The notes under the pieces: generated by a model
Told to the model about the DNA's origin: nothing
Seen by the model: only the letters and a program-made list of their open reading frames with translations
Databases searched by the model: none
Shown here: positions 34,497 to 44,098 of the stretch, in pieces
Numbering within the stretch: the stretch's first letter is position 1
Layout of the letters: every line of letters begins with the position of its first letter
From: Planctomycetota bacterium
Lineage (GTDB): Bacteria > Planctomycetota > Phycisphaerae > WQYP01
Assembly: GCA_021819825.1 (NCBI GenBank)
Contig: JAKAEZ010000005.1
Span: forward strand, 6,542 to 70,541
Direction of reading: 5' to 3'
DNA length: 64,000 nt
Made by a program: the position numbers and the translations under genes

Positions 34497-34958
34497 ATGG
34501 CAGCCAATACTGAAACAACGACGTCCGGTGCATGCGCAAGCTCATTACTGGCAACTGGGCTGGGCACCTTGCTGGTGAGGGTGGCGCTGGCCGTGATTTT
34601 CATTTATTACGGTGGACAGCATTTGTTTGGGTTGTTTGGAGGTCGCGGCATTCACTCTTTTGCGCGAATGTTGGCTTCTGACCACTTTTCCGTTCTGCCG
34701 GCGATTACCTGGGCATATATTTCCGGAATCACAGAATTTTTTGGTGGCATATTAATTCTGTTGGGCTTATTTTCTCGTATCGTAAGCATATTTCTCATCT
34801 TAGATTTGATTGGGATTATCTGGGCCTCATACGCCGGTGGTTTCGGCTCGATTGACTTTCAGATTGCGCTTATTGCAATCGCCGGGCTGATTCTCATCAG
34901 CGGGCCGGGGATGCTATCCGCCGATGCCGCGATCTTCTGTGGCAAAAGGAAAAAATAA
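34497..34958 (+). CDS. DoxX-family membrane protein
   Basis: ...LLVRVALAVIFIYYGGQHLFG... and four TM segments. AGGAG lies 9 nt upstream of ATG 34497. Confidence 0.75.
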   Translation: MAANTETTTSGACASSLLATGLGTLLVRVALAVIFIYYGGQHLFGLFGGRGIHSFARMLASDHFSVLPAITWAYISGITEFFGGILILLGLFSRIVSIFLILDLIGIIWASYAGGFGSIDFQIALIAIAGLILISGPGMLSADAAIFCGKRKK

Positions 34959-35079
34959 CGGCTCACTGGAAGTATTGGACGCATTTTCCATTGCGTTATT
35001 GACTGGCAGTGCCTTGGCCGCGCGGGATGAGATGTGGCCCACAAGACCGCGCGCTTCCGCTACCTGCGATTCTTCGGGC

Positions 35080-35517
35080 TTATTTACCTTTGCCAAACGC
35101 GTGTCTGATGTAGTTAATTACCTCCCAGCGTTGCTTGCGGCTCAATGAATCACGGAAACTGGGCATGGGGCTGTGACCGTGCGTAATTTTCCAGAAAATA
35201 GCTCCGTCTGTTTGCGCCAGGAAAGAAGCTTTTGTTAAATTGGCCGGATGGGGGTTTAAAAATGCTCCCGTCGGCCCATCTCCTTTTCCATTGGATCCAT
35301 GGCACGCCTCGCAATTTTGAGAAAATATCGCGTATCCCGCTTGAATGGCTGCCGCGGACATGGGAATAGGATTTTTCTTTTTCCATGCGGAATGCGGAGC
35401 TTTCCAACTTGATAATGCAATGGGTTTGCCAACGGTGGAAATGGCGATATTACCGTTGCTTGCCACCATGGCAGAGCCGATGATGACCACCGCTAGTTTC
35501 GATAAGTTTGACAACAT
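35080..35517 (-). CDS. Class I c-type cytochrome (paralog A)
   Basis: Signal peptide, CEACH heme motif, ...HSPMPSF... distal Met region. The C-terminal ~90 aa are near-identical to those of 35954-36397. Confidence 0.85.
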   Translation of the reverse strand: MLSNLSKLAVVIIGSAMVASNGNIAISTVGKPIALSSWKAPHSAWKKKNPIPMSAAAIQAGYAIFSQNCEACHGSNGKGDGPTGAFLNPHPANLTKASFLAQTDGAIFWKITHGHSPMPSFRDSLSRKQRWEVINYIRHAFGKGK

Positions 35518-35876
35518 CTAAACCATCTCCTGTTTGCGATCTTACCATTATACCAATCGTCAACCGCAGCCGTTGCAGTCTTTACGCTGATTCATAATAT
35601 CGCGATAGTTGCTGAATTGTTCAATACGTCAATACTTCATGTCAATATCCGCAGGCGCGAGCTTCAAACATGAAGGAATGAGTAATCACCAATAAAATCA
35701 GAGCACCGCTGTAATAATCTAGGTGAAATTCCTAGCACCCATTAGGCAAAATCGTAGTTACGGAATGGAATAAATCCTTACGCACTGTCGGGGATTAGCT
35801 CCGATTTTACTTTGCCTGACTTCTGCGATGATACGTTCCATGACAGACGCAAAAGCGTCCGAGGGCAGATGTTCTT

Positions 35877-35898
35877 GTTCGTGAAATGTTTCACGAAC
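35877..35898. promoter_or_regulatory. Rex-operator-like palindrome
   Basis: GTTCGTGAAA-TG-TTTCACGAAC is a perfect 10-2-10 palindrome. Its core TCGTGAAATGTTTCACGA resembles the Rex box TTGTGAA-N4-TTCACAA. It lies 57 nt upstream of the cytochrome c start, and rex is encoded at 43295. Confidence 0.6.
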
Positions 35899-35953
35899 CC
35901 CTTCGGTCGGCTAAATGTGTCGAGAAATATAGTTACTTGGAAAGGGAATCAGT

Positions 35954-36397
35954 GTGATGAATCAGCTACGCACGATCTTAGCAGTTGGTGGACTAGTAAG
36001 CGTCTTGGGTGTGTCCTTGGCGGCAGGCTTGAACATAAATACCTTCCGGAAGCAAATAGACCGCGTGGATTCATGGCGGGCACCTGCTTCCGCTGCGTCA
36101 AAAGCGAACCCAATTCCCGGTACTTCGGCCGCCATAAGCGCGGGCAGGAGCCTGTTTTCCGCCAATTGTGAGGCGTGTCACGGATCCAATGGCACGGGGG
36201 ATGGTCCGACCGGAGCGTTTCTAAGCCCGCATCCGGCTAATTTAACCACGGCATCGTTCTGGTCTCAGGGCGAAGGGGCCATCTTCTGGAAAATCACGCA
36301 TGGTCACAGCCCCATGCCCAGCTTCCGTGATTCATTGAGCCGTAAACAGCGATGGGAAGTTATTGATTATCTCAAGAAGCAATTCGATAAACATTAA
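35954..36397 (+). CDS. Class I c-type cytochrome (paralog B)
   Basis: Signal peptide, CEACH heme motif, ...GAIFWKITHGHSPMPSFRDSLSRKQRWEV... Confidence 0.85.
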   Translation: MMNQLRTILAVGGLVSVLGVSLAAGLNINTFRKQIDRVDSWRAPASAASKANPIPGTSAAISAGRSLFSANCEACHGSNGTGDGPTGAFLSPHPANLTTASFWSQGEGAIFWKITHGHSPMPSFRDSLSRKQRWEVIDYLKKQFDKH

Positions 36398-36559
36398 AAA
36401 CACTCTAATGTGTTGACGAAAAATATCGTGTGTGTTAAGAATTATTTTTGGGCAGATGAAAATAAGAAAGCCGCAAGGCTAATAAACAATTTTTTCCGGC
36501 TTTTTGGCACGCGCGTGCCAGGCCGAATTCGGGTGTGCGTTTACGGAAAGGAATGTGCC

Positions 36560-37936
36560 ATGACACACAAACGCAGGATTCTTATCAGTGTGGCGGCAGC
36601 GCTGGCAATTATGCCGGTGGCGGCGGCTTGGGCTGATCCGGCAGGCGGCGGAGCCGACTATCAAAAGCTGGAGCAAAAGTACCAGTTGCTCCAAAAGCAG
36701 ATGGCTACGATGGCTAAACAAATGTCCGCTATGCAGAAGCAGCAGGCTAAGCTAAAAGCCGCGCAAGCCAAGACCGGTGCCACGAACACCAAGGCCATTG
36801 ATCGTGAGGTCAAACGGCTGTACCGGCGCGTGATGAAAGACAGCCAGAAGATATCTGATCTGGAACCGGGCAACATCCAAGTGCTGATCGCGGGAGATGT
36901 GAATTTCCAATTTCAGAACGTGCAGGGTTCGCATTCCACGTTCTATGCCGACTCCAGTCCGATGATTCAAGTGCGCATTGATAAGAATATTTTTGTCAAT
37001 ACCGCGTTTGATTTCTATACACAGGCTGGTGCCGCCGGCGGTAGTGCCGCCGATATCGGTGCCGCCAATATCAACTACGAACTTAACAACAACATGACGC
37101 TCGGCGGCGGTTTGATCACCAGCCCCATAGGTGGCATTGTCGGGCAATATAACCCGGCTCCCTGGAATCGCTGGTTGGTGGATGGTTCGCTGGAAGACGC
37201 CCTGCTGCCCGGTAATGAACTGGGCGTATGGACCCGCGGCGGCCTTCCGGCCCCGGACAACATGGGCTATTTCACATATTTCCTATTTGTGAGCAACGGG
37301 CCGCAACTCTCTAGTACGACGCCCACGCCCGGATACGACAACTTGGCCTTTGGCAACTGGAATCCGGCAGCGCAGAACGGCAAGACCGTCGGCGGGCGAT
37401 TCAGTTACATTCCCATCCCCAATATCGAAGTTGGTTACTCTTTTGAATGGGCACGTCCCAGCGCGGATGGTTCTATTAATACCGTCAACTCCCTGATTAA
37501 CGCAGTAGATATCAATACCTATTATGTCAACAAAAAAATCGACGGATTATTCCGCTTCCGTGGAGGCTGGACTTGGGATCAGGTCGGCCAGGGTAACACA
37601 AGCTTTCCAAATTCGTCCCCGCCGCCTAACACGATTAACACCTTTGGTCTTGGTGGCATGTCCAATGGCGGACAGCTTGAAGTCGCCTATCAGCCCAGCC
37701 TGTGCGGCATAAAATACATCGACAAAATGATGGCCGCGTTCCGGTATGATCGTATTGACGGGCCGGCCTCCTCTAATTTCTCCAATGGTGCGTCGCATGA
37801 ACAGCGCTACAGCATTGGATTGGATTATTGGCTGCATTCCAATGCCGTGCTGAAGTTTGAGTATGAATTTGATAATCTCTCAAACAACCTGCACGGCGAC
37901 AATGCGATGTTCGTACAGTTTGCTGTTGGAATCTAA
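36560..37936 (+). CDS. Outer-membrane porin-like beta-barrel with N-terminal coiled coil
   Basis: Signal peptide MTHKRRILISVAAALAIMPVAAAWA; a Gln/Lys-rich coiled segment; an alternating beta-strand body ending ...VLKFEYEFD...MFVQFAVGI (aromatic C-terminus). Start moved to ATG 36560. Confidence 0.6.
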   Translation: MTHKRRILISVAAALAIMPVAAAWADPAGGGADYQKLEQKYQLLQKQMATMAKQMSAMQKQQAKLKAAQAKTGATNTKAIDREVKRLYRRVMKDSQKISDLEPGNIQVLIAGDVNFQFQNVQGSHSTFYADSSPMIQVRIDKNIFVNTAFDFYTQAGAAGGSAADIGAANINYELNNNMTLGGGLITSPIGGIVGQYNPAPWNRWLVDGSLEDALLPGNELGVWTRGGLPAPDNMGYFTYFLFVSNGPQLSSTTPTPGYDNLAFGNWNPAAQNGKTVGGRFSYIPIPNIEVGYSFEWARPSADGSINTVNSLINAVDINTYYVNKKIDGLFRFRGGWTWDQVGQGNTSFPNSSPPPNTINTFGLGGMSNGGQLEVAYQPSLCGIKYIDKMMAAFRYDRIDGPASSNFSNGASHEQRYSIGLDYWLHSNAVLKFEYEFDNLSNNLHGDNAMFVQFAVGI

Positions 37937-37969
37937 GTTACTCTGGCAATTTACTTGAGGAGTTACCTA

Positions 37970-38314
37970 ATGACTTTTATCACATATAAAATGACCAAAT
38001 CCATAGCCTTAACCGGTGCTGCCGTCGGAATATTGTTGATGGCCGGTTGCGCCGCTAACAAATCCACAAAACCTGCGGCCGCCGCTGGCAAACCCGCGAT
38101 ATGGCCGCTGACCTTGAAAGATCCGGCGGCCAATGAATCCGGTGCGCAAATATGGGCGGAAAACTGCATGCGGTGCCATGAACTGCGTTCACCATCGCAA
38201 TATACGCCGGCACAATGGGGCGTGATCATCCAGTATATGCGGCTTAAAGCCGGACTCACCGGCGTACAGGCCAAAAAAGTACTGGCGTTTCTGCAAAGCG
38301 CCAGCGCCCACTAA
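37970..38314 (+). CDS. Lipoprotein c-type cytochrome
   Basis: Lipobox LLMAGC, CMRCH heme motif. GAGGAG lies 7 nt upstream of ATG 37970. Confidence 0.75.
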   Translation: MTFITYKMTKSIALTGAAVGILLMAGCAANKSTKPAAAAGKPAIWPLTLKDPAANESGAQIWAENCMRCHELRSPSQYTPAQWGVIIQYMRLKAGLTGVQAKKVLAFLQSASAH

Positions 38315-38341
38315 ATTGCTTACTATCCCCAACGAGACGGT

Positions 38342-38373
38342 CCGGCTGCTGAAGAATCCTCTTCAGCAGCCGG
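38342..38373. terminator. Strong hairpin between convergent genes
   Basis: CCGGCTGCTGAAGA-ATCC-TCTTCAGCAGCCGG is a 14-bp perfect stem. There is no clear U-tract on either side. Confidence 0.5.
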
Positions 38374-38475
38374 CCGTTGGAGGGGACGAACTTGGCAAGC
38401 CTGTTCTTCAAGGTGGACGGCTTACGCCGTAATATCAACAAAAGGAACCACCCAATGGCTGCCCGATTGCGTGCG

Positions 38476-38964
38476 TTAATTCGTCGATTCGGTGTCCTCT
38501 CCCAGCAGCGCCGCAGGCACCGGGATTTGGCGTGGAGTCATCTTTCGGCCGCTGATGGAGCTGTCGATGATTTTCCTGATGGGCAAATCCTCCAACGCGG
38601 TGCGCCGACCGTGCCCGGGTCTCCAGGCGTGGCGCAAGGCGTTGTACTTGGCGTCATTAATAACCCGGACACGCGCTTTTTCAGTGAGATCTTCGACATC
38701 CATCAACCGCCCCTCCACCAGGATGGAGGCATAATCGTCGAGTTGATCAGTGAACACATCCATCTCAAAGCAGACCTGCTTGTTGACTGCGAGGATGTCT
38801 CCCTTGCGCCCGGTCATAGGCACACGGAGATAGATGGTATCTTCGATGCGGCAGAACGGCAGCGGAATAACATAAGGTCGCCCCTGGAGATCGGCCATCG
38901 CCAGCCGGCCGATGAGACTGGTGTCCAGGAGAGTGAAGATTTCCGTTTCGGTCATGGCAATCAT
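38476..38964 (-). CDS. Pyridoxamine 5'-phosphate oxidase-family (FMN-binding split barrel) protein
   Basis: ...LLDTSLIGRLAMADLQGRPYVIPLPF...IYLRVPMTGRK... is the typical Pyridox_ox_2 pattern. Confidence 0.7.
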   Translation of the reverse strand: MIAMTETEIFTLLDTSLIGRLAMADLQGRPYVIPLPFCRIEDTIYLRVPMTGRKGDILAVNKQVCFEMDVFTDQLDDYASILVEGRLMDVEDLTEKARVRVINDAKYNALRHAWRPGHGRRTALEDLPIRKIIDSSISGRKMTPRQIPVPAALLGEDTESTN

Positions 38965-39053
38965 AAGTAACTCCGGTTAAAATAAATCAACTGGATACGA
39001 ATATCTACATTATGCCATTATGTGTATATTCGTCAAGATAAGGAATCTCGGAT

Positions 39054-40220
39054 ATGGTCAGCAGCAACACCATGCGAATGCGGGCCGGCGCCTCAGCCGC
39101 CCGACCGGATTATACCGCGGATGATTTTCCCCATTCGCCGCTTGTGGCCTTTTATGAAGTCACGCGTGCCTGCAATCTTTTATGCCGCCACTGCCGTGCG
39201 GAGGCTCAGGCGCACAGCGACCCGCGGGAACTAAAGCCAATGACTTCACAGGCCCTCATTGATGATCTGGCGAAATTTCCCAAGCCTCCCCTCCTGGTGC
39301 TCACCGGCGGCGATCCGATCAAGCGGCGCGATATATTTGAAATTGTGCATCACGCCGTGGCTTCAGGCTTGAAAACCGCGATGACGCCGTCGGCAACGAA
39401 ACTCGTAACCACCGACGCGGTACAGCGTTTGAAAAGCGCCGGCCTGCATCGTCTGGCCGTGAGTCTAGACGGAGCGGATGCGGCCACGCATGACAATTTT
39501 CGGCGCGTACCCGGCAGTTTTCAGCGGACGATGGAAATCATTGCCGATGCCGCCGATTGCGGCTTGCCTCTGCAAATCAACACCACCATCGCCCGACACA
39601 ATTTTCACCAGATTGACGCCATCGCTGAAGCACTTGCCGCCTTTCCTATTGTGTTGTGGTCCGTATTTTTTCTCGTACCCACAGGCCGGGCCTTGGCGGA
39701 TCAGCGCATAACACCGGATGAATTTGAATTGGCGTTTGAGAAGCTTTATCAGCAGGGACTGACTCGGAAATATGCCATCAAAACCACCGAAGCCCCCCAT
39801 TATCGCCGATTCGTGCTCGAAAAAATGAAACAAACGGTTCATCGCTCCGGGGATCCCTCCGCCCGGCACCCGGTAATGCCCAATATCGTCGGCACCAATG
39901 ACGGGCGTGGGGTTATGTTCATCAGCCATATTGGCGAAATATTCCCCAGCGGATTTCTGCCCGTCCTGTGTGGCACATTTCCCACCGATTCGGTGGTGCA
40001 TACGTATCAAGCCGCACGCCTGTTTCTGGACCTGCGGAATCCCGAAAAACTCAAGGGCAAATGCGGTGCCTGCCAATATCGTGATATCTGCGGCGGCAGT
40101 CGCGCTCGGGCGTACGGACTAACCGGTGATCCCTTGGCTGCCGAACCGGATTGCCTATATGGGGAGTCTTATTATCAAAATCAAAACTCAAACAGGAGTC
40201 TTCCAATATGTTTAGCGTAA
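39054..40220 (+). CDS. Radical SAM/SPASM-domain enzyme (NirJ/AhbC/AhbD-related)
   Basis: CNLLCRHC is a CX3CX2C cluster. VFFLVPTGRA. C-terminal SPASM Cys motif KGKCGACQYRDICGGSRARAY. Confidence 0.8.
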   Translation: MVSSNTMRMRAGASAARPDYTADDFPHSPLVAFYEVTRACNLLCRHCRAEAQAHSDPRELKPMTSQALIDDLAKFPKPPLLVLTGGDPIKRRDIFEIVHHAVASGLKTAMTPSATKLVTTDAVQRLKSAGLHRLAVSLDGADAATHDNFRRVPGSFQRTMEIIADAADCGLPLQINTTIARHNFHQIDAIAEALAAFPIVLWSVFFLVPTGRALADQRITPDEFELAFEKLYQQGLTRKYAIKTTEAPHYRRFVLEKMKQTVHRSGDPSARHPVMPNIVGTNDGRGVMFISHIGEIFPSGFLPVLCGTFPTDSVVHTYQAARLFLDLRNPEKLKGKCGACQYRDICGGSRARAYGLTGDPLAAEPDCLYGESYYQNQNSNRSLPICLA

Positions 40221-41488
40221 CGAATTTACTTTGTGATCATCAGGCCGGAAATGAACGCCTCCGTTATGGCCACCGCACGGGCCATGGTGAATCTGAAGCG
40301 ACGCCACGCCCCGTGGTGGTTTGGGCGGTCACCAAAGCGTGTAACCTGCGGTGTGTGCATTGCTACGCTTCGGCAACTAACGCACCGGCTCCCAATGAAC
40401 TGACCCATGATGAAGGGCTTGCTTTGCTGGATGATTTGGCCGGATTTAAGGTTCCGGCCGTACTTTTCAGTGGTGGCGAGCCGTTAAGTCGCCCGGATAT
40501 TCTTCCTTTGATTCGGCACGCCCGGTCACTGGGACTGGCATGCACATTATCCACCAATGGGCTGCTGATCGATGAACAAATGGCGGACAATCTGGCGGAA
40601 TCCGGCTTGAAATATACCGGCATCAGTATTGACGGCATTGAAAGCCGCCACGACAAGCTCCGCGGGAGAGTTGGAGCGTTTAGCAGCACCTTGGCCGCCA
40701 TTGAGCGTTGCCGCGCACGCAGTATCAAAGTCGGCGTGCGTTTCACGGTTCATAGCCTGAATGTTGACGACCTGGATGCGATATTTGATATCTGCGTATC
40801 CAGTAATGTCCAGCGGCTGTGCGTGTATCATCTAGCGTATGCCGGACGGGCGGACAATATGCAAAAAGTAGATTTATCCGCCTCGCAAATCCGCAAAGTC
40901 GTGGATCGTATTTTTGAGAAAAGTCAGGAATTGCACCGCCAGGGAATCCCCTTGGAAGTTTTAACCGTCGATAACCATGCCGATGCGGCTTATCTCTTGC
41001 TACAACTGGAAAAGAAAGATCCCCAACAATATCAGAAAGTTCGCAGCCGGCTGGAAGGTACAGGCGGGAATCGGTCCGGCTGCAATATCGCATCCGTTGA
41101 TCCGATGGGCAATGTTCATTACGATCAGTTTACGTGGCATTACAATTGCGGCAATGTCCGTGAACAGAATTTCAGCAAAATATGGACCGATGCGACCGAT
41201 CCGCGCCTGGCTATCTTGCGTAACCGCAAATCCCATTTACCCGCCCGCTGCCAATCGTGCCGATTTCTTTCGGTCTGCAATGGCAATCTCCGTACGCGCG
41301 CGGAAGCTGCCACCGGTGATTGGCTGGGGTTTGATCCCGCGTGTTACTTAAGCGATGCCGAGATCGGTCTGGGGACTGCCGCAAATTCGGCAACCCAGAA
41401 ATTCAACAGTAATGTGGCAGTCTGCGGTCCAGCAAGCCACGGTCGCTCCGATTATCCATTGCCACTGGTCAGCGGAGTTGCGAACTAA
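40208..41488 (+). CDS. Radical SAM/SPASM-domain enzyme, NirJ/Ahb-like (tetrapyrrole-modifying family)
   Basis: CNLRCVHC cluster; GGNRSGCNIASVDPMGNVHYDQF; CQSCRFLSVCNGNLRTRA. CAGGAG ribosome-binding site before ATG 40208 (13-nt overlap with the upstream gene). Confidence 0.8.
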   Translation: MFSVTNLLCDHQAGNERLRYGHRTGHGESEATPRPVVVWAVTKACNLRCVHCYASATNAPAPNELTHDEGLALLDDLAGFKVPAVLFSGGEPLSRPDILPLIRHARSLGLACTLSTNGLLIDEQMADNLAESGLKYTGISIDGIESRHDKLRGRVGAFSSTLAAIERCRARSIKVGVRFTVHSLNVDDLDAIFDICVSSNVQRLCVYHLAYAGRADNMQKVDLSASQIRKVVDRIFEKSQELHRQGIPLEVLTVDNHADAAYLLLQLEKKDPQQYQKVRSRLEGTGGNRSGCNIASVDPMGNVHYDQFTWHYNCGNVREQNFSKIWTDATDPRLAILRNRKSHLPARCQSCRFLSVCNGNLRTRAEAATGDWLGFDPACYLSDAEIGLGTAANSATQKFNSNVAVCGPASHGRSDYPLPLVSGVAN

Positions 41489-42930
41489 TGGAATCAATCA
41501 TGCGGATAATTCAAGGTGGAATGGGAGTGGGAGTCTCGAACTGGGAACTGGCGAAGTCGGTTTCAAGTTCTGGGCAACTTGGAGTTGTTTCCGGCACCGG
41601 AATCGCGGCAGTTGTGGCGCGGCGCTTACAGACCGGCGATCCGGAAGGTCACTATCAGCGGGCTTTTCAAGCCTTTCCATATCGCACGATCGCCCAGCGC
41701 GTATGGGATCGATATTTTGTCGCCGGGGGCATCGGCTCCGCAAAATCATTTAAATCAACCCCATTGCCGGCCATTGGCTTCAGCCACGCCTTGACGGAGT
41801 TGACCGTTCTGGCCGCATTTTCCGAGGTATTTCTCGCTAAGGAAGGGCATTCCGGCGCGGTAGGAATCAATTTACTGGAAAAAGTGCAAACGCCGACGCT
41901 CACCACTCTTTTTGGGGCAATGCTGGCCGGGGTCGACTATGTACTTATGGGGGCCGGCATTCCGCGCTTTATTCCAGGGGTATTGGATGCTCTGGCACGC
42001 GGAGAATGCGTAGAATTGAAAATTGATGTTGAAGATTCTGATATCCCGGAAAACTTTGTCAGCCAGTTCAGTCCGGAAGAATTTATCGCCATGGACACCC
42101 CTGTCGGCAGGGTGTCGGCTCCACAATTAAAGCGTCCGAAATTTTTTGCCATTATTTCCTCGGCAACGCTGGCCATGACACTGGCGCGAAAATCCAATGG
42201 CCGGGTTGATGGCTTTATTGTTGAAACGTCCATGGCTGGAGGACACAACGCCCCCCCGCGCGGACCTTTGCAACTTTCTCAGCGGGGCGAGCCGATCTAC
42301 GGGCCGCGCGATGACGCGGGTTTGCAAAAAATTGCCGCAATCGGTCTTCCGTTTTATCTGGCCGGTGGATTTGGCACCCATCAGCAACTTCATTGGGCAC
42401 TGGCCCAAGGTGCCGCTGGTATTCAAGTTGGCACAGCCTTCGCGTTTTGCCGGGAATCAGGAATTCGTGAAGATATAAAGCAACAGGTCATTGCCATGGC
42501 CTCCTCCGGGAGAGCGACAGTTTTTACCGACCCGCAGGCCTCCCCTACCGGCTTTCCATTTAAGGTTGTGGCGCTGCCCAATACCATATCAGAACCGGAC
42601 ATATATGCGCAGCGAGAACGAAAATGTGACCTTGGATATCTGCGAAAAGTTTATAAACGCCCAGACGGCATCCCGGGTTATCGCTGTGCCGCTGAACCGG
42701 TTTCGGACTATGTCGCCAAAGGCGGCAGCGCGGAAACGACCACCGGCAGAAAATGTCTCTGCAATGCCCTGTTTGCAACCATTGGCTTAGGGCAGACTGA
42801 TCCACAGGGTGTTGAAGAACCTGCTATCGTAACGGCCGGTGATGACGTTTTGAACATTAGCCGCTATCTGCAGGCCGGACAGGCCGCTTACACTGCGGCC
42901 GATGTGCTAAGCACCATTCTCAATGGATAA
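41488..42930 (+). CDS. Nitronate monooxygenase / NPD-family FMN oxidoreductase
   Basis: IIQGGMGVGVSNWELAKSVSSSGQLGVVSG... and ...ETSMAGGHN... are TIM-barrel flavoprotein motifs. Confidence 0.75.
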   Translation: MESIMRIIQGGMGVGVSNWELAKSVSSSGQLGVVSGTGIAAVVARRLQTGDPEGHYQRAFQAFPYRTIAQRVWDRYFVAGGIGSAKSFKSTPLPAIGFSHALTELTVLAAFSEVFLAKEGHSGAVGINLLEKVQTPTLTTLFGAMLAGVDYVLMGAGIPRFIPGVLDALARGECVELKIDVEDSDIPENFVSQFSPEEFIAMDTPVGRVSAPQLKRPKFFAIISSATLAMTLARKSNGRVDGFIVETSMAGGHNAPPRGPLQLSQRGEPIYGPRDDAGLQKIAAIGLPFYLAGGFGTHQQLHWALAQGAAGIQVGTAFAFCRESGIREDIKQQVIAMASSGRATVFTDPQASPTGFPFKVVALPNTISEPDIYAQRERKCDLGYLRKVYKRPDGIPGYRCAAEPVSDYVAKGGSAETTTGRKCLCNALFATIGLGQTDPQGVEEPAIVTAGDDVLNISRYLQAGQAAYTAADVLSTILNG

Positions 42931-43294
42931 GATTCTGACTTGGTTTGCCCTGCTCCAGCGCCCCTGGACGGCACCAGGCACCTCTGAAAAATTCCACGCG
43001 AAAAACCTGTTCGTGTGCCCGCCGCCTGTGCCATCAAAAGGTTCTCACGTTATGGCTACCAAGTTGAAATCAAGACTATTTCGCTCTTACCCCGCTACGC
43101 GATGCAGGCCAAATCTTGCTTTCAGGCGTGATGCTTTGATTGATCTATAACCGAATTAAAAAAAAAACGGAAATTACCAATGGCCTCACCAATAGCACTT
43201 GACCCCATGGCGGCGCACCGATAAATTCTCATCGTTCGCGTGGTTCGTGTGTGATCGCTCGCCCTGATAATGGTTATTGCCTTGGGAAAAACGG

Positions 43295-43951
43295 ATGCGA
43301 AATGAAGAGATTCCAAATCCTGCCGTGTACCGATTGAGCTTTTACCTGCGCCAGTTGGAATCATTCCGGCGTGGAGATCGTCATACGATCAGCAGCAGGC
43401 AACTCGGCGAAGCTCTGGGATATTCTGATGCGCAAGTCCGTAAAGATTTGGCGTATTTCGGGCAGTTCGGCCATCCTGGTATAGGCTACCGCGTAGAGGA
43501 CTTGGTTCATCAACTGAAAAAAATCCTCGGCACAGATAAAATCTCCAATGTTCTGCTGGTGGGCGCTGGAAACTTGGGACGGGCATTGCTGGCCTATAAG
43601 GGGTTTCTCCAAAAAGGATTTCGAATCGTTGCCATTTTTGATGCCGACGCGGCGAAGGTGGGCAAAAAAATCGGCGATTTGCCTGTCCGTTCCGATCAGG
43701 ATCTTGCCTCGGTGGCGGCAGAATTACAGATTCGAATGGCCATGCTGGCTGTGCCCGTTGCGGCGGCACAATCTGTGGCTAATCAACTCGTGACGGTAGG
43801 AATCAAAGGTATTTTGAATTTTGCCCCAGTAGCGCTGAATGTTCCCCGCGATGTGGTGGTACAAAGCGTAGACTTGGCGTTACAGTTGGAGCAACTCTCA
43901 TTCCGGATGACTTTGGGTGACGCATCCCCAAGCGATGAATCAAGTCTGTGA
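43295..43951 (+). CDS. rex: Redox-sensing transcriptional repressor Rex
   Basis: IPNPAVYRLSFYLRQL...ISSRQLGEALGYSDAQVRKDLAYFGQFG.PGIGY, then the Rossmann motif LLVGAGNLGRAL. Confidence 0.9.
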   Translation: MRNEEIPNPAVYRLSFYLRQLESFRRGDRHTISSRQLGEALGYSDAQVRKDLAYFGQFGHPGIGYRVEDLVHQLKKILGTDKISNVLLVGAGNLGRALLAYKGFLQKGFRIVAIFDADAAKVGKKIGDLPVRSDQDLASVAAELQIRMAMLAVPVAAAQSVANQLVTVGIKGILNFAPVALNVPRDVVVQSVDLALQLEQLSFRMTLGDASPSDESSL

Positions 43952-44098
43952 AACAATTCAGCAAGCTGGCTGCCCAAACACCAGATCCATGGCGCGCAAG
44001 CGTTGGCGTACATTCTGTGTTTGCCATTCGCGGCATGTAACGGATGGCTGGTTCCTCGCCCGAAAGGCCGCCAACCGGTGGATATTCCGGCACGACAT

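Noticed and set aside
38377-38970. 197-aa + strand ORF
   Set aside because: It is fully antisense to the 38476-38964 PNPOx-family gene, which has clear family motifs. The antisense translation is Arg/Gly/His-rich.
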